64,000 nucleotides of DNA from Amphiscolops sp. MND2022 (GCA_964187785.1 OZ076409.1:30816001-30880000), one strand, 5' to 3'; shown: positions 1 through 13,600, counted from the first letter of the stretch. A program made the numbers and translations. The notes: generated by a model not told the origin, from the letters alone.

Positions 1-621
1 AAAGTCCTTAAAATCAATGGTTTTGAGGACTTTTAATTTTGGGGTTTTGGTGGCCCGAATCGGGATTCCCCATACTACTCTCAACGACTTTGAAAAATTT
101 CAAGCTTTTGTGGTTTTGTGCCACTTTTCACTTTAGGCACTTAATCCGAAAAGGAAGAGGAAATATCTCCACAAATACATACGGTACGAATCTACTGTAT
201 TTTGGTAATGAATTTTATGGAATAAAAAAACCTGTATGTTTCGAATACTTTGCGGAATTTGAAAACAAAACACCGCTGAAAGATTAATTTTTCCCATATG
301 GAATATGGAATAATTTTTCTTTATAATAAATTTTATTTCAAATATCTATAAAACTATATATTATGTTCTTTAATAACCATATTAGAATGTTTTCGCGTGC
401 TGCCAACGTACGTTTAAAAGAAGTATTTTTTCCGGTATTTATAATTCATCTTTCTGAATGTCTAAGTATTTTCTCTCGAGAGCAAAGTTTTTGAAGATGA
501 TGTCTAAATAGATATCTAAGTAAATTTCTATCAGCTTGCTTCTTAACCACAAACACTTTATTTTCAATTCAAAATTTGCCTTATGCGAATGATTTGAAAT
601 TTTTTTTCTTTTGTTTTCAAG

Positions 622-663
622 ATGATTTACAGTTGTTACACTTGACTTTAGCTATAGCTCCTG
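622..663 (+). CDS. Candidate 42-bp upstream exon of the AK9-like host gene
   Basis: Strong polypyrimidine tract and AG at 620-621, donor GTATGT at 664. Open phase-1/phase-1 frame (xDLQLLHLTLAIAP) joins the exon at 10577 in frame. No homology support. Confidence 0.3.
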
Positions 664-786
664 GTATGTGAAAGTTTACGAGTTTCATGCATGTCACGCA
701 TCTCAAAATATTCTATACACAATGTTTTCTATTCAACTCTCATTAACCAGAATTACATATCCTGTATATCATGAATGATGGCTGTA

Positions 787-949
787 CAGTAAACCCTCGA
801 TTATTCGCCACCATCGGTCCAGCGCGAATTATGGCGGATAAGTAAGAGTGGCGGTTAATCAAGGGAGCTTAGACACGGGTGGTATAGCAAAATGTCCCCG
901 TAGATTTGTGGCGGTTGACCAAAGGTGGCGGATAATCGAGGGTTTACTG
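787..949. mobile_element. Tc1/mariner/pogo-type MITE (163 bp)
   Basis: 26-bp TIRs CAGTAAACCCTCGATTATTCGCCACC / GGTGGCGGATAATCGAGGGTTTACTG (1 mismatch), flanked by TA on both sides. Confidence 0.85.
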
Positions 950-1067
950 TATTTATCATGGTTAACTGTTTTAATGTACTAACCCAACAGTATCATGATT
1001 CCGGTTTTTGGAATCCAGAGCACTTGAAAACGAAATTTGGCAAGAATTGAATTTGTTTTAAAAAGCG

Positions 1068-1150
1068 GAAGACCCTTTCAACCAAATCCCATTCATCTTC
1101 CAAAATAATCATATTAGAAGACGGATGGGATTTGGTTCAAAGGGTTCTTC
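1068..1150. repeat. Short imperfect inverted repeat (tiny MITE or hairpin)
   Basis: GAAGACCCTTTCAACCAAATCCCATTCATCTTC ... GAAGACGGATGGGATTTGGTTCAAAGGGTTCTTC. Confidence 0.6.
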
Positions 1151-2434
1151 TGACGTAAATATAGTACTTATTACGAGTATCGGTCAAAAAAGTTTGTTTT
1201 TGATGTGCACGCTAAGTAGAGGTCCATCTTATAGAAAAGAAATTCGAAAGGAAAACCAGCCCAAATGCAATATTCAGATGTGCGAGGTAAAGTCTTAACG
1301 GATGCAACAACTTCTAGAGTTTTGTCTGCTGATAAACCAATCGAAACACATGGTACTCTCGTGGCTTGCTGGGTACAGTATGTGTTTATAACGGAGTGCT
1401 TTATAACGACGAGCATTTATAACGGATTTTTTTCCGAATTCCTGTCATATAACAAATGCTTGTAACGACTATCTTTATAATGACGGTTTTTATACCGACA
1501 TTAAAATCAGGGTCGATATATAAAAGCCCCCTATTGTAAGTGAATGCAAATTTTCATAAGAAACAGCTGTGAGCTTTCATTTCTCTGTAAATCAATCGAA
1601 AAAACGATCTCAGCCGGATTCATCTTATGTGCATTATCTAGAAGTCAAACTAAACAAAACACTAGCTATACCAAACCACTGAGTGTTCGATTTTCTTAGG
1701 GTAAAATTCGACCACCTGGTAAAAGTTATTGGGGGAAGTCGAAGAATTGCCATTGCAGTCTCGTTTGTGGCAATTTTCTGAGACTGCCCAATTATGTCTT
1801 GTTGGCAAACGTTCAAAATTATGTCGTGAGCTCTTCTCAGAAATTGAAGAATTTGTTCTCCAATATTCGTCGGAACGTCACCATTATCTGTTGAAACTAT
1901 AATGATTGACATTTGCGTCTCCGCGGTTTTTAGTCGGCGCTTTCGTAGAAAGAGCAGACTATAGTAGTTACTTTTTAAAGACTTTTTAGTGACTTTTTAG
2001 TCGGCGCTTTTCGTAGAAAAACGCAGACTATAGTAGTGACTTTTTTAAAAACCAACGAAGTGACAGATTTTATAAGCTTTATAAGCTGGCTTCCTTTAAC
2101 TGCCACACTAATGTAAGTTGTGCATAGAGGTTAATTAGGGTTTTTTGAGGTCTGCCAAGCAGAAGGACGTGGGTTCGAGTCTCGCCCTTGACCAAAATTT
2201 TCTTTTGTGTTGTTATTTCGGCTTTGTGAGACTTTTTTTCGCAAATTTTTTTCAATGATTCCAAAGGTTCCCCCTTCATTTTTTTTCTATTTTGCAAAAG
2301 AATGGATGTTCATAAAACCCCAAAGCCCCCCTTTACATTTTTCGGCACTATGCGACTTACCGGAGGCTAAAAAAAATTTCAAAAAAATCGGATTTTTTTT
2401 TTCAATTTTTTCCTCACGCGAGTACTCTAGAAGA

Positions 2435-3338
2435 GAATTAGTGACACTTTAATGCAGTGTAAGTAATAAATACGAGATCTAAAAATCTAAAATTGCAGTT
2501 TTGTGGATAGAAAAAAAACAGAAGAGCTCTCTGGAGCATAAGTTTGTTTAGAGCGACCTCTTGTGCATTTAAAATTCACTCATTGATATTTTTTCGTGTA
2601 GTATCTTTTAAAGATTTGTAAAAACCAAAAAATTGAATAAAGGTTGCGATTTATTTCGAGAAACTTTTTGAAATGGTACAAATATTCAGCAGCTCCTGTT
2701 ATTAATTGGTATTAAGTTTACACTGGGTCTACAAATTGAGAAATGCCGAGTTATTTGTTTCGGGTGAAAACTAGCTGACTCAGAATGCTACACAGAAAGC
2801 CACGTGAACAAATTGCATGGGGTTCAAATTTAAAAATTAGTTCTTATTTTTCAAGCTTTGTTAAAACGCAAGGCTGACATTTTTTGCAAACCTATCGTAA
2901 AATTTTGTCGAGACTTGTTTCTTTAATCTATCCCGAGATAGGTCTGTTAACTGTTTCTTCAGGATGGCAGGCGTGAGGAAGGTCGTTTAACAGAGATTTC
3001 ATTGTCTCTCTCAAAGTCGACTGCCCAGTAGTTACTTCAATCTAGTCTCCTCTAATTTACTGCACTGTTATATTAGATCATAAAGCTTTCTTGGGAAGTT
3101 TTTCATGCATGGTGAGTTGAGTTTGTTTTTAGTCGGCGCATTTTAGCACAAAATGAACGCGAGTGTTACAGTGGCAAGTTTTTCTCGTGTTGCCCTGTCA
3201 TATTTTTTTTAACGTAACATACAAAATTGGACAAGACTCCCCTTCGGTTTTTTAGGCACTGTGAGACTTTTCGGAGAATGTTTAATGTCTTCAAAGTTTC
3301 CCTCTTCATTTTTTGATATTTTGAAACAAATTGGATGT
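2435..3338 (+). repeat. ~900-bp dispersed repeat, copy 1 (near-identical to 12048-12959)
   Basis: Sequence from GAATTAGTGACACTTTAATGCAGTG to CAAATTGGATGT recurs with few substitutions at 12048-12959. Confidence 0.9.
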
Positions 3339-6200
3339 AATCCTGGGTGCCACACGGGGTCGAACGCCCTCGAGAAGTCAATCAGACATAATACTGTTCT
3401 CTTGGCAGGTTTTGGTTTGTTGAGTCCATCCGCAATCTCTTGCGTCATTTTCAACACCTGGTCTTGCTTTGATCTGAGTTTTCGGAATCCCGTCTGTTCA
3501 GGTTTGAGTTTTCTGTTTGACTAAATTATGAACATGAGTCTACTCTTCATTGGCTTTTCCAGTAGTGTCCCTACGCATGAAGTAAGGTAGTTTGGTCTAT
3601 ACGACCCAAGGTCTTCCGGGTCTTTTCCAGGCCTGAGTAGTGGAATGATGGTTGCTTTCTTCCACGTCGTTGGGAAAATGTTTTCTCCTAATGAGTGGTT
3701 CATTATGTCCAGCATGGCTTCCATGGCCTTGTCTGACATGTATTTAAGCATTGCATTGGTGATTTGGTAATCTCTTCTCTTGGCGCGCTTTTCGACTGCA
3801 CTTGGCTAATGCATTGTTGTAGTTCAGTTAAAGAGAATGGTCTGCAACATTTTTTGGCTTCCGGGCTGGACTTGCATTCACACTCACTCCTCAGTTTGCG
3901 TTTCAGTGGTTTCACGAAAGGTCTTCCTGCCTGTTCTGAATACAGGAGACCTTTGCGTGTTCTTTGATGAACCCGTTAGCTTTTCCTTGGCTATCTTCCA
4001 GTAGTTTGCCACCTTTGGCTGAAGCGGCTCCAGTCTTTGTCTCTGATTTCTGTCCATCTATTTTTAATATTTCTGCTTTAGCAGGAATGTTATTGTAACC
4101 TCAAAGTTGGTCCTTTTTTTTTTCAGTCGTCAAATTTCGTCCTACTGAATAATTCAGATATTTTGTTCGGCAGTGAGTGTAAGCGTGGGAAAGCTGCCGA
4201 CAACAATTCAATTCTAGTGCGATAGAACGAGCGAGTGGTAATTATCCATTCGTATGCTGACGTCATTGAGATGAAGCGAATGAGTGTTAATTATTCGTTC
4301 GTTGAGAGCTTCGCCTGCATTCAAATGCGAATGCGAAACTTCGTCTACGCTTAGTTATATTTTCTTTAGTCCGAGAAGAATTAAAGGCGGTGTAAACTTG
4401 TACAGTGATTAATTGTGCTCTAAGTAATGATTAAACAGGAGTGTATTGGTATTCCAGATATGATTCTTTTATTAATGATTTTTTGTTTTAAAAAAATAAA
4501 GATTAAAGCAGAAATAGTACTGAGCCCCGGAGGGGCCTATTTTTTAAATTGTTTTCCAGATCTTCAACGGGTTTGTTCTCATGTCCATCTGGTCCGCAAA
4601 CGAGCGCCAAGCTCGTCCGCTTTGCTTCTTTTACTTCCCTCTTCACTTCAAGGCATCTGTCTTTCTAGGTTTTTAGTTTTTTGGATTTTTAGGTTCGCGT
4701 TGAAACTCTCGGAACGCTCTGTTTCGTCTTTGAATTGCTTGCTTGCATGACGGAGTAAACCTTTTACTGGTTGTTCCAGATCTCTTAAATGGAATAGCGT
4801 TCTTTGCAGCTTCTAGAAGAGATTTCTGTAGCGATTCGCATTTAGAGTTTAGCTTTCCTGAGTCCGGTTTAGTTTCAGAGAGAAAACGGTCTGTTTGTTC
4901 CTCAAACAGAGTCCAGTTTGCTTTGCGAGTGGTAAATAGTGCTTTGCGAGTAGTGACGTCCCCTGCAGACCTATTTCCTGTACTTGGACATGTCCTCGTT
5001 CGGCTGTAGTCGTTCAGGGTCACTAACTCCTCGTCTTCCATACATTCTGCCAGTTGCTTGCCGAGTTTATTCTCTTCTACTAGATTATCCCAGTATAGGC
5101 TGTGGGCGTTTGCATCTGCGGCTATAATCGTGACAGCGTCCACTGGGAGTCTTCGGGGTGAGAAGTTTTGCGTTCGAGTCTTCTCTGATTGGTGGAATAT
5201 ATAGGTTTATGCATTTTAGGTCCTGAACAGCCCCTTTGACACTGATCCCTTGGACATTTGTAGTGTCATCATTTGCAACTGTCATGTTTTCTTTCAGTGG
5301 TCTATGTTGCAGACCTTCCTTGACTAGGGTCATTACTCCCTCTCCCTTGAGCGTTTCTCGTGACCGGCCTTTCTTCCGATCCTTTTTGTACTCCTTGTAA
5401 TTTTCAGTTTTGGTGTTTTGTTTTCGCTGAAAGGTGGGTTTCTTGAACCAATTGCTATGTCACATTCGGTTCGCTGTATGGGGATCCTTAGATCCTCTAC
5501 TTTCTCCGGACTTCTAATTCCATTACCGTTCCACTGTAGAATCTTGAACGTTTCTTTTCCCTTTCGTTTCGGTTCTCTTTCCTGGTCTTTCTGTTTAACG
5601 CTTTCCTCCTTTCGGTTTCGTAAGCAAGCTCTGCAACTCCAAGGCCCTATCTTCGATACTTTGGCTGTGTTGAGTCCCACACAGTCGAAGTGATGCCACT
5701 TGCTACATTCCGTGCATTGGATACACGATTGAGGAGCATATGTGCTGCAAATTCCACAAGGCCAGTTGGAAGGGTGTGCTTGTGTTGCGGCCCCAGAGGC
5801 TTGCTGTGTCGGCTGAGGCGGCAGTGGACGAGTCTGCCGTCCTGTCGACTGACATCCACAGTGCCAACGGTAGCCTCAGCAGCTGAGCAAGTACTGTCGA
5901 GTTAATCCTCAGCAGAGCTGATGGAACCAGTGTTGACAATCCACGCAAAAGATGGAGAGATGTCTTCGCTTCACTCCTTCTGTGCAGATTCTACAAGGCC
6001 ATCTTGGAGGCCCAGGATTACTTTTTTATCCCTGCTTAGTTGTAGCAGCCGTTACCCGTACGCGGGTCTACCAGGAACGGGACCCAAAAACGCGGATTCA
6101 TCTTCGTGTCGAAGAATAGTTTCCAGTCGTCCACTCGTGGAGTTGGGGCACCGCGATTAGGCGACAGGAATCGCCCTCGATTACCATGGCTTGTACCGTT
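3339..6200 (-). mobile_element. Decayed non-LTR retrotransposon (2A-like motif, two PHD fingers, APE endonuclease, RT); Ingi/I-like; RT truncated
   Basis: Minus-strand fragments: NPGP motif at ~6008-6019, two C4HC3 PHD fingers, APE motifs ILQWNGNGIRS and IIAADANAHS.YW, RT motifs FPTTWKKATIIPLLRPGKDP..SYRP and LCLIDFSRAFDPVWH. Many frameshifts and stops; a non-LINE insert occupies ~4060-4555. Confidence 0.88.
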
Positions 6201-6695
6201 ACTCGAGTATTCAGTTCAAGACAAAAGAGAATATCTACATAATTGTTTTCTACAATACCGGACAAGTTTTGCCTGGACTATAAATTATGGGCAAGCTTGT
6301 AAATTTATGGAGCACACATTAAAAATTGCTGTACCTCAATCCAACCTATCAAGATGGAATTCAGAGTTTTAGTTAATCAAAACGATCTTATCAAACAGTT
6401 ATTCTATCGACAGTTCGCTTGTACGAATTTTAGATTTTATTATTCTTCATAAAGGATTTTTAGGTGAATAAACTCTTAGGTGAAATTCCTTTTACGGTAC
6501 TCTAGTATCTCCGAATACCTACCGTTACATACACGAAATTTTGATTGTTATACTTAAAATACCGAGTACCGGAAATTTTTTACACGTCAAATCACTGGTT
6601 GAAAAATCCCAAAGGGTTCCGCCATTCAGTTTTTTCGGCACTGTGAGACTTTTTTCTAAAAGTTTTTGAAGTCTCGAAAAGGTCCCCCTTCAATA

Positions 6696-7260
6696 TTTAG
6701 TCGGCGCTTCATGAAGTGAAACGCAACTATACTAGTGACTCTTTTTTTAATCCACTCGAACTGACCAAATTAGTTCTACGAAACTTTTAGGTGTCAAATT
6801 GGACCATTTGACACAAGAAACTGAACTATAAAAGTTGTTTCTTTTTTCTCCAGCGTAACATACAATACCGGGTCAGACTGAAGGGTCCCTTTTAGTTTTT
6901 CTCGGCATTGTGAAACTTTCTCTCGAAAAATTTTATGTTTTCAAATGGTCCGCCTCATTTTTTCGATATTTTGCGACAGAATGGATGTTGAAAATCCCAA
7001 ATTGTCCTCTTTCAGTTTTTTGGCATTGTGAGACTTTTTTCGAAAAATTTTCAATGTCTTCAAAGGGTCCCCTTCAATTTTTTTGATATTTTGCAACAGA
7101 ATGGATGTTGAAAACTCCGAGAGGGTCCTCCCTTTTAGCCACTTCAGTCCAGCGTTTGGGTTTTTCGGGTACTGTAAAAGAGAATACTTGACACTTTGAA
7201 GTCTTTTTGCAATTTTTGAGCTTTAGATATGGCGCCGACTTATGCCGATTCCGGCATGTT
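6696..7260 (+). mobile_element. Helentron/HINE-like non-autonomous repeat copy
   Basis: 5' TTTAGTCGGCGC, 3' subterminal inverted GCGCCGACT followed by hairpin ATGCCG..CGGCAT and TT. Internal GGGTCCCC/TTTTCGGCACTGTGAGACT repeats are shared across the window. Confidence 0.6.
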
Positions 7261-8001
7261 ACATACAACTAGTTTACCCGTTCAATTATTTTGGATACTG
7301 AAGTCGAAGTGTCCATCAGCGAATCCTTTTGAGTAATGAGATTGAAGCTTTCGCAACGTGCTTATCATTTAAATATATCTTCTTTTGACTAAAAACATGA
7401 ACAAGGTTTTTTTGCCACGTTTTAAATGACTGTTTTGTCTTTTTCTAAAAGTCTAGAAGTCTTTTTTTTCTAGCTATTTTATCCGTTTTTGTCTCATTCT
7501 GAAAACCATTTATGCATTGAACATTTATTGTCTGAGTTCTGGGAACTGATTGTTTTATTCGATACTAATTAGAACAGAATTGGCTAAAATCAGAATTGGT
7601 TATCTGCGGCATGGGCCGTCAATCTAATTTGAACGACGTGCAATTGTTGAATGAATTCCCATGGTCTGGAATCACGCGCTCAGCCTCGCGACGTATAATA
7701 CTGGTTTTTGTTAGCCAAGGGAACGTGTAAGCAGCTACAGATTGCTCAAGTGTATTCAGTCTGTTCTGTTCGTAAACGAGAAAGCAGAGAATATAAGATC
7801 TGTATTTTCTGAAAAACTCTTTGCTCATCTTATAGCTTATGTATGATGAGTACCGAATAGTGACATATTGAACTGTCATTTGAAGACCATGAACGAAAAC
7901 TCTTAATTGTTATCATTTGAATTTCAAATACAGGTAATGTTTGTTCTGTTGGATCTTTTATGAAGTATTGCAAGTTGGTTATCAGTTTGATATACACAAT
8001 T

Positions 8002-10358
8002 TGTCGCGATCCGCTCTCCGTCGCTGTTTTGCATGTTGCTGCTGTATTCCTGGACTACCCAAATCACTTGGACATGGACACAGCAAGTACTATTAAACTA
8101 AACTAATTGAAATTGAATAACTTTACTTACAGTACAGTTAAGTGTATGGCGAACGATTTTTCCGAACAATAAGTTTGGAAGTACACGTTACGAAATATTC
8201 TTAGGGAATAGTTTAACCTAGTTAAAACTTTCGGCTCAGTGACTCTACGTGTGATTATTTTACTTCCGGTTACGTCTTCTGAAATTTCATACTGATCTAA
8301 ATAACAAAACATGAACAAAGTTTTAAAGGGAAATCATTTCTTCTTTGGCAACGTGGAAAGAAACATTGGGAATGATATCTAATCCGTAATTCCAACGGAA
8401 ATCAAACAATCTAAAATGAAAAGAACATACAAAATAGTATAGTGGAGTGTTTTCCGGTGTCAAAAACAGTTGTTAGAATTCACTTAAATCACAGCCAAGT
8501 AATTTAAGCAAAAAATTACAACGTTAGGGCTGCCTCACTCAACTAAGCCAGTAACTGGTGTTTCTATCTTTACGGACCAATAGCGTCGTCCCTTGGCCAA
8601 GATATTTGAGCTCAGTCCAATAATAACGTCGCCTTTGCGGCGCCGCTCAGTTGAGAGAAAGAGGATGAACGCCTACGCCCTCCACTGTATCTCAGCCAGC
8701 CTTCGTTCAGCTATATCTAATCTTAATACGTACGGAGCGCTTACGGAGCGATTTGTAAAATTGTAAAGCTACACCTAATCTTATTACGTACGGAGCGCTT
8801 ACGGAGCAAATTGTAAAATTGTAAGGCTATATCTAGTCTTAATACGTACGGAGCGTTTACGGTGCGAATTGTAAAATGATGAATATGAAAAGAAGCTCGG
8901 TACTAATTCTAAAAATGATTTTACAGGAAAACAACGTACTTTGGGAACATGATTCCTACATATTAAAAAACTGTTTTGTTAAGAGAAGGTTAAAGAGGTA
9001 CTGGAATAATACCTTCCTTGCAGTTTGTACTACAATCCAAATCAAACAATTACGTCTACCTTGCGTTGCGAATAATATTTTCCTAATGAGTGAACTCAAG
9101 ACCTCTTGTAGTAATCATAAATTACAATTTAATGTTAAAAACAGGATGCAACGTAGTTAGTACATTGAAAAATGTTGTTTTTTTTATACTGAACCACCTC
9201 TGTTAATTCTTGTGTTGAAAGAGTGTTCCTCAAGGTGTTTTCTCACTAATCTCTGTATTGATGAAGTGCGTAGTTTATATGTAAAATATTGCTTGCTGTT
9301 TGATATATAGCAATTTTTGTTGGCCGAAAGGCTTCCGTTAATTTGGAATTTGTTTTATTTATAACAATCATGTACCATGCATTTAGTTTAATCAGAATAT
9401 GTAATGCGTTTATTAATAACCAGTGTTCGTTGTTTCAGCATCATTTGTTCCCTTTTTTCAATGTTTGAACACCTTAACTTTCAAAATTCCTTGTTGCGTC
9501 CTAATCACGTCAGCATTTTTGAGTGTCATACTTTCGTCTGAAGATTTGAATCCCCAGTTCGAATTCTGACTAATTGATCACGCCGGCGTGCTTTCGTCGA
9601 TGAGAATGTCAGCAAGACTTTTATTTTGCCGCAATTTTGAGTTGAAACAGGAAATGGAATTGGTTGAACAAAATTGATTTCAACAGGAATTACGGAATGA
9701 TGACGCGGCTAGGAATTTCGATACCTGATTTTATGGTACGGGACTGAAATAATTTGAATCATTAGGGATTTTTTGTGAACACACTCGATATTTAGGATAC
9801 CTAGGAATTTTCAGGTGAGGAACAAATGATGCTAAGAAAGTATATATATGTTGAACTAACATGTAAATTCGGTTAAAAGTTGTTGACCACTTTATACTAA
9901 ATTGTTCCGTTAACCTCACGAAAACCTTTTCTTCGAAGAATTCACTCTTTGCCGAAGATTTCAACCTTTAACTAATATAAAATGACAACTAGAAGCCAGA
10001 AAACAAAGACAGTCACTGAGCTAGTTTCCGGGGAATTTGAAACTCCGACAGCAGAAAATAATCAACCTGAGAATCTAGTTGCATGTCCTAGTAAATTTCC
10101 TAGAAAACAGCCTTAAAACTTGGAGGAAATAAAATAAAATAAAATAAGAACGAAAATAATGTCTGATTTGGCAAAAATATTAGCTGAAAACCAAAAGGAA
10201 ATGATGAAACTTGTAGCACCGATAATTTAAAAATCATCTGCTCATCAAAATGCTCAAGACTCTGACTCTGAAACCAAAAACATCTCTGTTGCTCAAACGT
10301 CAACCCCTGTGAAAGCAAATACGACTGTACCTAAAACTCCCAATAAATAGTCGTAACA
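8002..10358 (+). mobile_element. Probable solo LTR (~2.36 kb) with decayed gag-like ORF start at its 3' end
   Basis: TG...CA termini (TGTCGC...CGTAACA); flanks CAATT/CACTT (5-bp TSD, 1 mismatch). Broken ORF MTTRSQKTK...LAENQKEMMKLVAP from 9982 runs to the end of the element. Confidence 0.55.
8709..8877 (+). repeat. 58-bp tandem repeat, ~3 copies, inside the solo LTR
   Basis: Units start at 8709, 8767 and 8825: AGCTATATCTAATCTTAATACGTACGGAGCGCTTACGGAGCGATTTGTAAAATTGTAA. Confidence 0.9.
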
Positions 10359-10576
10359 CACTTTGACTGGCCGTCATCAAGACCAGGGGTCAAGACTTGT
10401 GTAATGAAACTTCAGCGCAAATGAGAACAATTGAGTTTTCGTTCATGATCTTTAAATGACATTTCAATATGTCGCTATTCCTATAGGAAGACCACGCATC
10501 CTAAGAACTGTCTTCAGGGAGTAATATTATGCGACAGGAATAGTCGTGGAAACTTTAATATTCATGCGTTTTATAG

Positions 10577-10651
10577 AAGAAAACCCCCCGGCAGCTGCTT
10601 CGGGCGGTTTGAGAGAAATATCCGAGGCTCCAAATGAGAACGAAGACGCCG
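10577..10651 (+). CDS. AK9: AK9-like exon
   Basis: TTTTATAG|AAGAAAAC...GACGCCG|GTAAGA; joins the next exon in frame (G+TG=Val). Confidence 0.65.
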
Positions 10652-13600
10652 GTAAGATGGATGATGGCTGTAGTTTAGATTTACTCATTGTACCTAATTT
10701 CATTATTTTGCATTATAATAGTGCTACTGGTTTTCCCCAGAAACCAAATTTGTTGTTTTGTTTTCGGCTCCGTTGATTAGCTTCGTCTATATAAGTAGGC
10801 TTGTCTGTATTAGTGCAGACTAACTGGAGAGAAAAGTTGATTTATACACATCATCTATGCTTGTTTCGGGTAGCATATTTGAGGCCCAAAAAATTTAGGC
10901 CCGAAGCTAGTTTAATTAGAGGCCCGATCAATTCGGTGTTTATTAGCGTCAGATAATATTATGTCAGCCAATATGTACTTAACTTGATATTTGAAGAGGC
11001 TTCGCCCCCTCCGCCAAGTAGCAACATTGAGGCATGGCCATATGGCACGTCGCTTCGCTCCTGCACTTAGCATTACAGTGCATAGGCAAGCTATTTGCTG
11101 CTTGTCGTGGAATCCGGGACTTATGACGTAATTTACCAATTTTGCACGGTTAAAGGTATGGTCGTGGAATCCGAGGTATTGAAAGCACAAAATTGTGCTT
11201 TGAGCAAATTTAGCTTGCCTATGCACTCTAATGAGGGCACTAGGGGTATGTGAATATAGCTGACTACATTATAATAATTTTGATGAACAAATTTTCGGGC
11301 CTCAAGTAACATTTCATTATCGGGCCTCAGTTTTTCGGCCCTGAATAAACGTTCCCCTTGTTTCTACCACCTTTTTTGTTCGATTCCATTCTGTCGCAAT
11401 CAGTGTCTATCGTAGTTTGCAATTATCATTTAACATGCTGTGTATAGTGAAGTTGGCGCTTTTTACCATTTGTCTCCTCATTTGCAGTGTCTGAAGAAGA
11501 AGCGAATAATCCAGTGGATGAAGTTGATGAGAATCACCCTGAAGTTAAAGTACTTATTGCTGAGGCGGTCAAAATAGCAGAGTCCAAGGAACTCGAACTA
11601 CCCCCTGAAGTATATGCAGAGTGCATCGCCACTGCTGTCAAAAAACTAAGGAAAAAGATGAAGAAATTGTCTCCATTCACTCCTATGTAAGTGCACCCAT
11701 GTTTTTATATAATAAATATAGTAAACTCCGCTTGAAGTTGGGAAACTACTCCAATGTAAGTTTGTACGTACATGGAATCCTTTCGTAAAAAGAAATGATC
11801 GTGCTTTGATATAACTTTATGTTATCTGTTCATTTTGATAGCTCTGATGAAGAAATACCGTAAGTTTGTTCCAAGTCATCATGTCTCATTGAACATGCAT
11901 GGCACTTTTACCTATTCCAGCTGCAGGTTTGGCTATAATATCAAATTACCAAACTACATGTAATCCATTTCCTTTTACCCCGCATAAATTGTACTGTATT
12001 CTCCCTTTTTCTTGAAAATACTTTTCGTAAAACTTGATCAAATGCTGGAATTAGTGACACTTTAATGCAGTGTAAGTAATAAATACGAGCTTTAAAAATC
12101 TAAAATTGCAGTTTTGTGGATAGGAAAAAAAGCAGAAGAGCTCTCTGAAGCATAAGTTTGTTTAGAGCGACCTCTTGTGCATTTAAAATTCACTCATTGA
12201 TATTTTTTCGTGTAGTATTTTTTGAAGATTTGTAAAAACCAAAAAATTGAATATAGGTTGCGATTTATTTCGAGAAACTTTTTGAAAGGGTCCAAATATT
12301 CCGCAGCTCCTATTATTAATCGGTATTAAATTTACACTGGGTCTGCAAATTGAGAAATGCCGAGTTATTTGTTTCGGGTGAAAACTAGCTGACTTAGAAT
12401 GCTACACAGGAAGCCACGTGAATCAATTGCGTGGAGTTCAAATTTAAAAAATAGTTCTTATTTTTCAAGCTTTGTTAAAACACAAGGCTGACATTTTTTG
12501 CGAACCTATCGTAAAATTTTGTCGAGACTTGTTTCTTTAATCTATCCCGAGATAGGTCTGTTAAGTGTTTCTTCAGGATGGCAGGCGTGAGGAAGGTCGT
12601 TTAACAGAGATTTCATTGTCTCTCTCAAAGTCGACTGCCCAGTAGTTACTTCATTCTAGTCTCCTCTAATTTACTGCACTGTTATATTAGATCATAAAGC
12701 TTTCTTGGGAAGTTTTTCATGCATGGTGAGTTGAGTTTGTTTTTAGTCGGCGCATTTTAGCACAAAATGAACGCGAGTGTTACAGTGGCAAGTTTTTCTC
12801 GTGTTGCCCTGTCATATTTTCTTTTTTTTTAACGTAACATACAAAATTGGACAAGACTCCCCTTTCGGTTTTTTAGGCACTGGGAGACTTTTCGGAGATT
12901 GTTTAATGTCTTCAAAGTTTCCCTCTTCATTTTTTGATATTTTGAAACAAATTGGATGTTAAAAAAGTTCAAGGGGTCCCCCTTTTACATTTTTCGACGT
13001 AAGATGCGTTCTAATAAAGAGGAGGTTGAGGCTCGAAAATTTTGCTATATCCGATTTTCTGACGTTTTATCCGAACTACACTACGCTGTACATCGCGTTC
13101 TACGAAGGAGGAGGCGGAGGTTTGAAAATGGTTCGTTTTACAATTTTCAAAAACCGCAAAAAAACTAGAATCTTTTCACTATCACTGTTCACGGAAGGTT
13201 TTTTGGTTGGCATTTTCTTACAGTGACTAGTGTTTTCTCCAGTAGCTCTGATCCGTCCACTATTACGGAGAACTGATGGACCAAACATTATTCATAAGGA
13301 TAAGACCATTTGTCGTAAAGTCCCCCGTCAATTTTTTTTCTATTTTGCAACAGAAGGGATGTCAAAAAATCCTAAAGGCTCCCCCTTTAACATTTTGCGG
13401 CACAATGCGACTTACTGGAGACTTCAAAAAAGTTCGAAAAAACCATTCGGAAAATTTTTTCTTCATTCGGGTACTGTAGAAGAGAGTTATTGACACTTTG
13501 AAGTCCTTTTGCTATTTTTGATCTTTAGATCAGCGCCGGTTTGGGCCGTTCCCGGCTTGTTGTGTTAGTACAGTCTATTAGTTTACTAAAAGAGACTGAA

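Noticed and set aside
39..2452. Short Phe/Lys-rich ORFs in AT-rich and repeat DNA, here and throughout the window
   Set aside because: Chance frames in repeat families, mostly with non-ATG starts and no domain signal.
8709..8877. CRISPR-like array
   Set aside because: Contiguous 58-bp tandem units with no unique spacers, no cas genes and a eukaryotic context.
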